Positions 61,280 to 64,000 of a stretch of DNA of 64,000 nt are shown in pieces. The first letter of the stretch is position 1. Every line of letters begins with the position of its first letter. Source of the stretch: the human T2T-CHM13v2.0 reference genome, Homo sapiens; assembly GCF_009914755.1 (NCBI RefSeq), contig NC_060925.1. One strand, 5' to 3'. The notes under the pieces were generated by a model. That model made no database searches, was not told the origin of the DNA, and was given only the letters and a program-made list of their open reading frames with translations. The position numbers were made by a program, and so were the translations under genes.

Positions 61280-63900
61280 TACCAAAAAACAACACAGGGA
61301 TTTTTTTCTTTAAGGAATAAATATTTAAAGACAAGGAGATCAGGAAAAGAAACAATACCAAACACCTTATTTTGAAGAAGAAAAGCAGATGGGCATTTGA
61401 TAACGACTCTACAGAGCTGAGAAGACTGAAATCTTAACTGGCAGTGGAAGTGACTGAACCGCAGAACCCCAGAAAGGTACAAGATGTCTCTAATCATGAA
61501 GGTGAAAGTGAAGCTAAAAGCAGAAGCATCTCAAAGTTGACCCCATGATGCCTTCTCCCCACAACCACCCTCCCCACAACACATGCAGATAGCTCTCCTT
61601 CCTCAACCATGGCAGAAGTTGGGAGAGGATGAACTAGAGGGACTCCAGGTTGGGGCCATCAGGTACAGTGAGGGCTGAAGTGTTGTCCTGAAAGCAGGGA
61701 TTCAGGGAAAGTCTGCAGATAGAACTGTCAGAGCCTTCTGCAATCAGAACATCAGCACCAGGCTCATTCTCTCTAGGAAAAGAGAGAAAACTGCCTAGTC
61801 CAAGAGAAAAGATATAAAGGGTGCCACCATATAACAGCATGGTCACATCACCCAGCTGATGAAGCTGTTTCTAGTCAACAGACCCCATTCACAAGCATAG
61901 AGTTCTTTAGGGCTTGGCTTTTAGAGTGGACAGCCCAGAATTTCCAGGTGTTGGAGAAAAGCCTCTGAAAGCAAAGCTCCCCCTCCCTCCAAAAACAGGA
62001 AAAAAAAGAATTTAGAAGAAAATCAAGACAAGTCAGGGAAAAGAGGCCTGTGTAATTTTATATATACATATTCATATTTATATATACAATTTACATATAT
62101 ATATAAAATTGTATAGGTCTCATATATATATGTATAGGTCTCATATATATAAAAGATATATATATCATATAGAGAAGAAATAAGATATATAATTATATAA
62201 AAGATATATATCTTATATTTTACAATATATAGTTATATATTATATATAACATCTATTACTATATATAAGCTATATAGTAACATTATATCTATTATATATT
62301 ATACATAATATCTAAGATACGTTATATGTATTATGATATATATAATATAGATTATGTTATCTATCTATATTTTTTCAATATCCTTAAAGAGAAGAGAAAG
62401 TTTTACTGATGAAACAAAACAGGATGATTTAGAAAGAAGTAGGTCATTCAGAGGACCAAAAATTAACAATTTCTTAGAAATGCATAAAAACTCGACAAAT
62501 ATTTGGAAGATAATTTGAAGAAAACAGAGAATAGAAGAAAAAAAACAAAGAGATAGAAAACAGGAAATTATGAAATTAGGGAATCAGCCCAGGAATACTA
62601 AAGAATTTCTAAAAGAAACAATGGCAAAAATAGAAATTATTAAATATTTCAAGAAAATTTCCCAGAACTGAAGGACTTTAACTTCTGGATTATAAGGTGC
62701 ACCAAGCAACCAGCACAATGACAGAACACAGGCTCACATCAAAGCACATCATTGTAAAATTTCATACTATGAAGGACAGAGAGAAGCCCCTGAAACGTTT
62801 TCAGGGAAGTCAGATACAAAGGATCAAGAACCAAAAAGGCATCAGACTTGCTTAGTTTTCATTTCTTCACTTACTATTTTCCAGAGAAAACTGCGTAATC
62901 CAAGAGAAAAGCATTGGGAGCTGCTGTCAGTGGATTCGTAGTGAGTAAAGAAAATGGGGCAATGCCTTTAAAACTCTGAAGAAAAATCATTTCCAATCTA
63001 GGATTCTATACATAGACAAACTGTCAATCAAAAGTCAGAACAGAATAAATATACTTCCAGCTTGCAAGTTTTCAAAAACATTTATCACCCATACATCTTT
63101 CTCAGGAGGCTACTTCAGGATATGGTTTGACAAAGACAGGGAGTAAATAAAGACAAGATGACATGGGATCCAGGAAACAGGGAATCTAACATAGGAGAGG
63201 GGAAGGGGGGAAAGAGAATTCTAAGATGATGAAGAAGGGAACTGAGGAAGATAGCTGCTCAGCAGGCATGCAGTGCAGGTAGCACAGACTGGAGAGGAAG
63301 CACAGAGAGTATCTAGAAAGCTCCCAAGAAGATGAACTTCTTGGAATATCTGATGTGTTTAAATATATTGAGAAGAAATGTACATATATGGAAGAATGTC
63401 TAGGTAGGAATTAGTGGTAGGTGAACAGAAAACTGCACAAACGAAGAAATAAGACAATTATTAACTCCAAGGAATATTAAATGTTGTACAAGAAAGAAAA
63501 TGCAATCATCCTTTACACTACATGGACATGCTGTGAATACAGTCATAATTATGTAAACACTGAATACAGATCTAACTAAAATGATGATATAAGCCTACTG
63601 GGAGGTTTGGAAAAAAAAATTGTGGAGGTGGGTGAGGGAGGTGTTAAAGAGAGCTAATTCTTCATCTTTCATAGTGAGAATTTAATAATTCCTAAAATGA
63701 AAAATCAAGAGGTCGGCAGTAGAAACATGTTATTTAACAATTTGGAGGTAAATGCCCAAAGAGCAATCAAAAGTGGTTGCCTCTGGGAAGTGGGAAAGAA
63801 GGATGGAGAAGGGGAAGGCCGGGAATCTGCTATTTTTCATAATAAGGCTTATAACTACTTGACTTCTTAGAACCCATATAACATTTAAATTTAAAAAGAT
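61280..63900 (+). mobile_element. HAL1-like (half-L1) element with AT-rich low complexity at about 62055-62375
   Basis: ORF1-like caagaaaatttcccagaactgaaggac and cacatcattgtaaaattt; HAL1-type gacatgggatccaggaaacaggg; no ORF2. Confidence 0.7.
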
Positions 63901-64000
63901 TTCCCTGGGTGGAGAGAAGGAAGAAATCATCTTCAAGTATTTACAAATACTCAACATGTGACACAGTGGGGAATACACTCAGAGTTGCCCTAGGGCGTTG

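Noticed and set aside
62055-62375. AT-rich quasi-palindromic tract
   Set aside because: Ordinary degenerate (TA)n low-complexity sequence; no CRISPR-like or other regular array is present anywhere in the window.

Overview
Primate (human-like) genomic DNA: CpG-depleted and repeat-rich, with no intact protein-coding gene that I can support. Bases 1-23,420 are one old L1M element inflated by nested L1PB, L1PA and Alu insertions, and several junctions carry unusual structures (perfect fold-back hairpins, a chimeric inverted L1, Alus inside L1 target-site duplications). Bases 23.4-64 kb hold ancient L2/L3/MIR, LTR and DNA-transposon remnants, one more L1PA and a HAL1. The main discovery lies on the minus strand of the non-repeat sequence from about 60.7 kb down to 36.0 kb. 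It is an ordered series of decayed coding remnants: KRAB-A-like, KRAB-B-like, up to four Myb/SANT-like domains of the ZSCAN20/29 type, and a nearly complete PIF/Harbinger (HARBI1-like) DDE transposase broken by an old L1M. This suggests a dead KRAB-Myb/SANT-Harbinger fusion gene or gene pair. All protein and subfamily assignments are by-eye comparisons to remembered consensus sequences and need HMM or RepeatMasker confirmation. TSD = target-site duplication.
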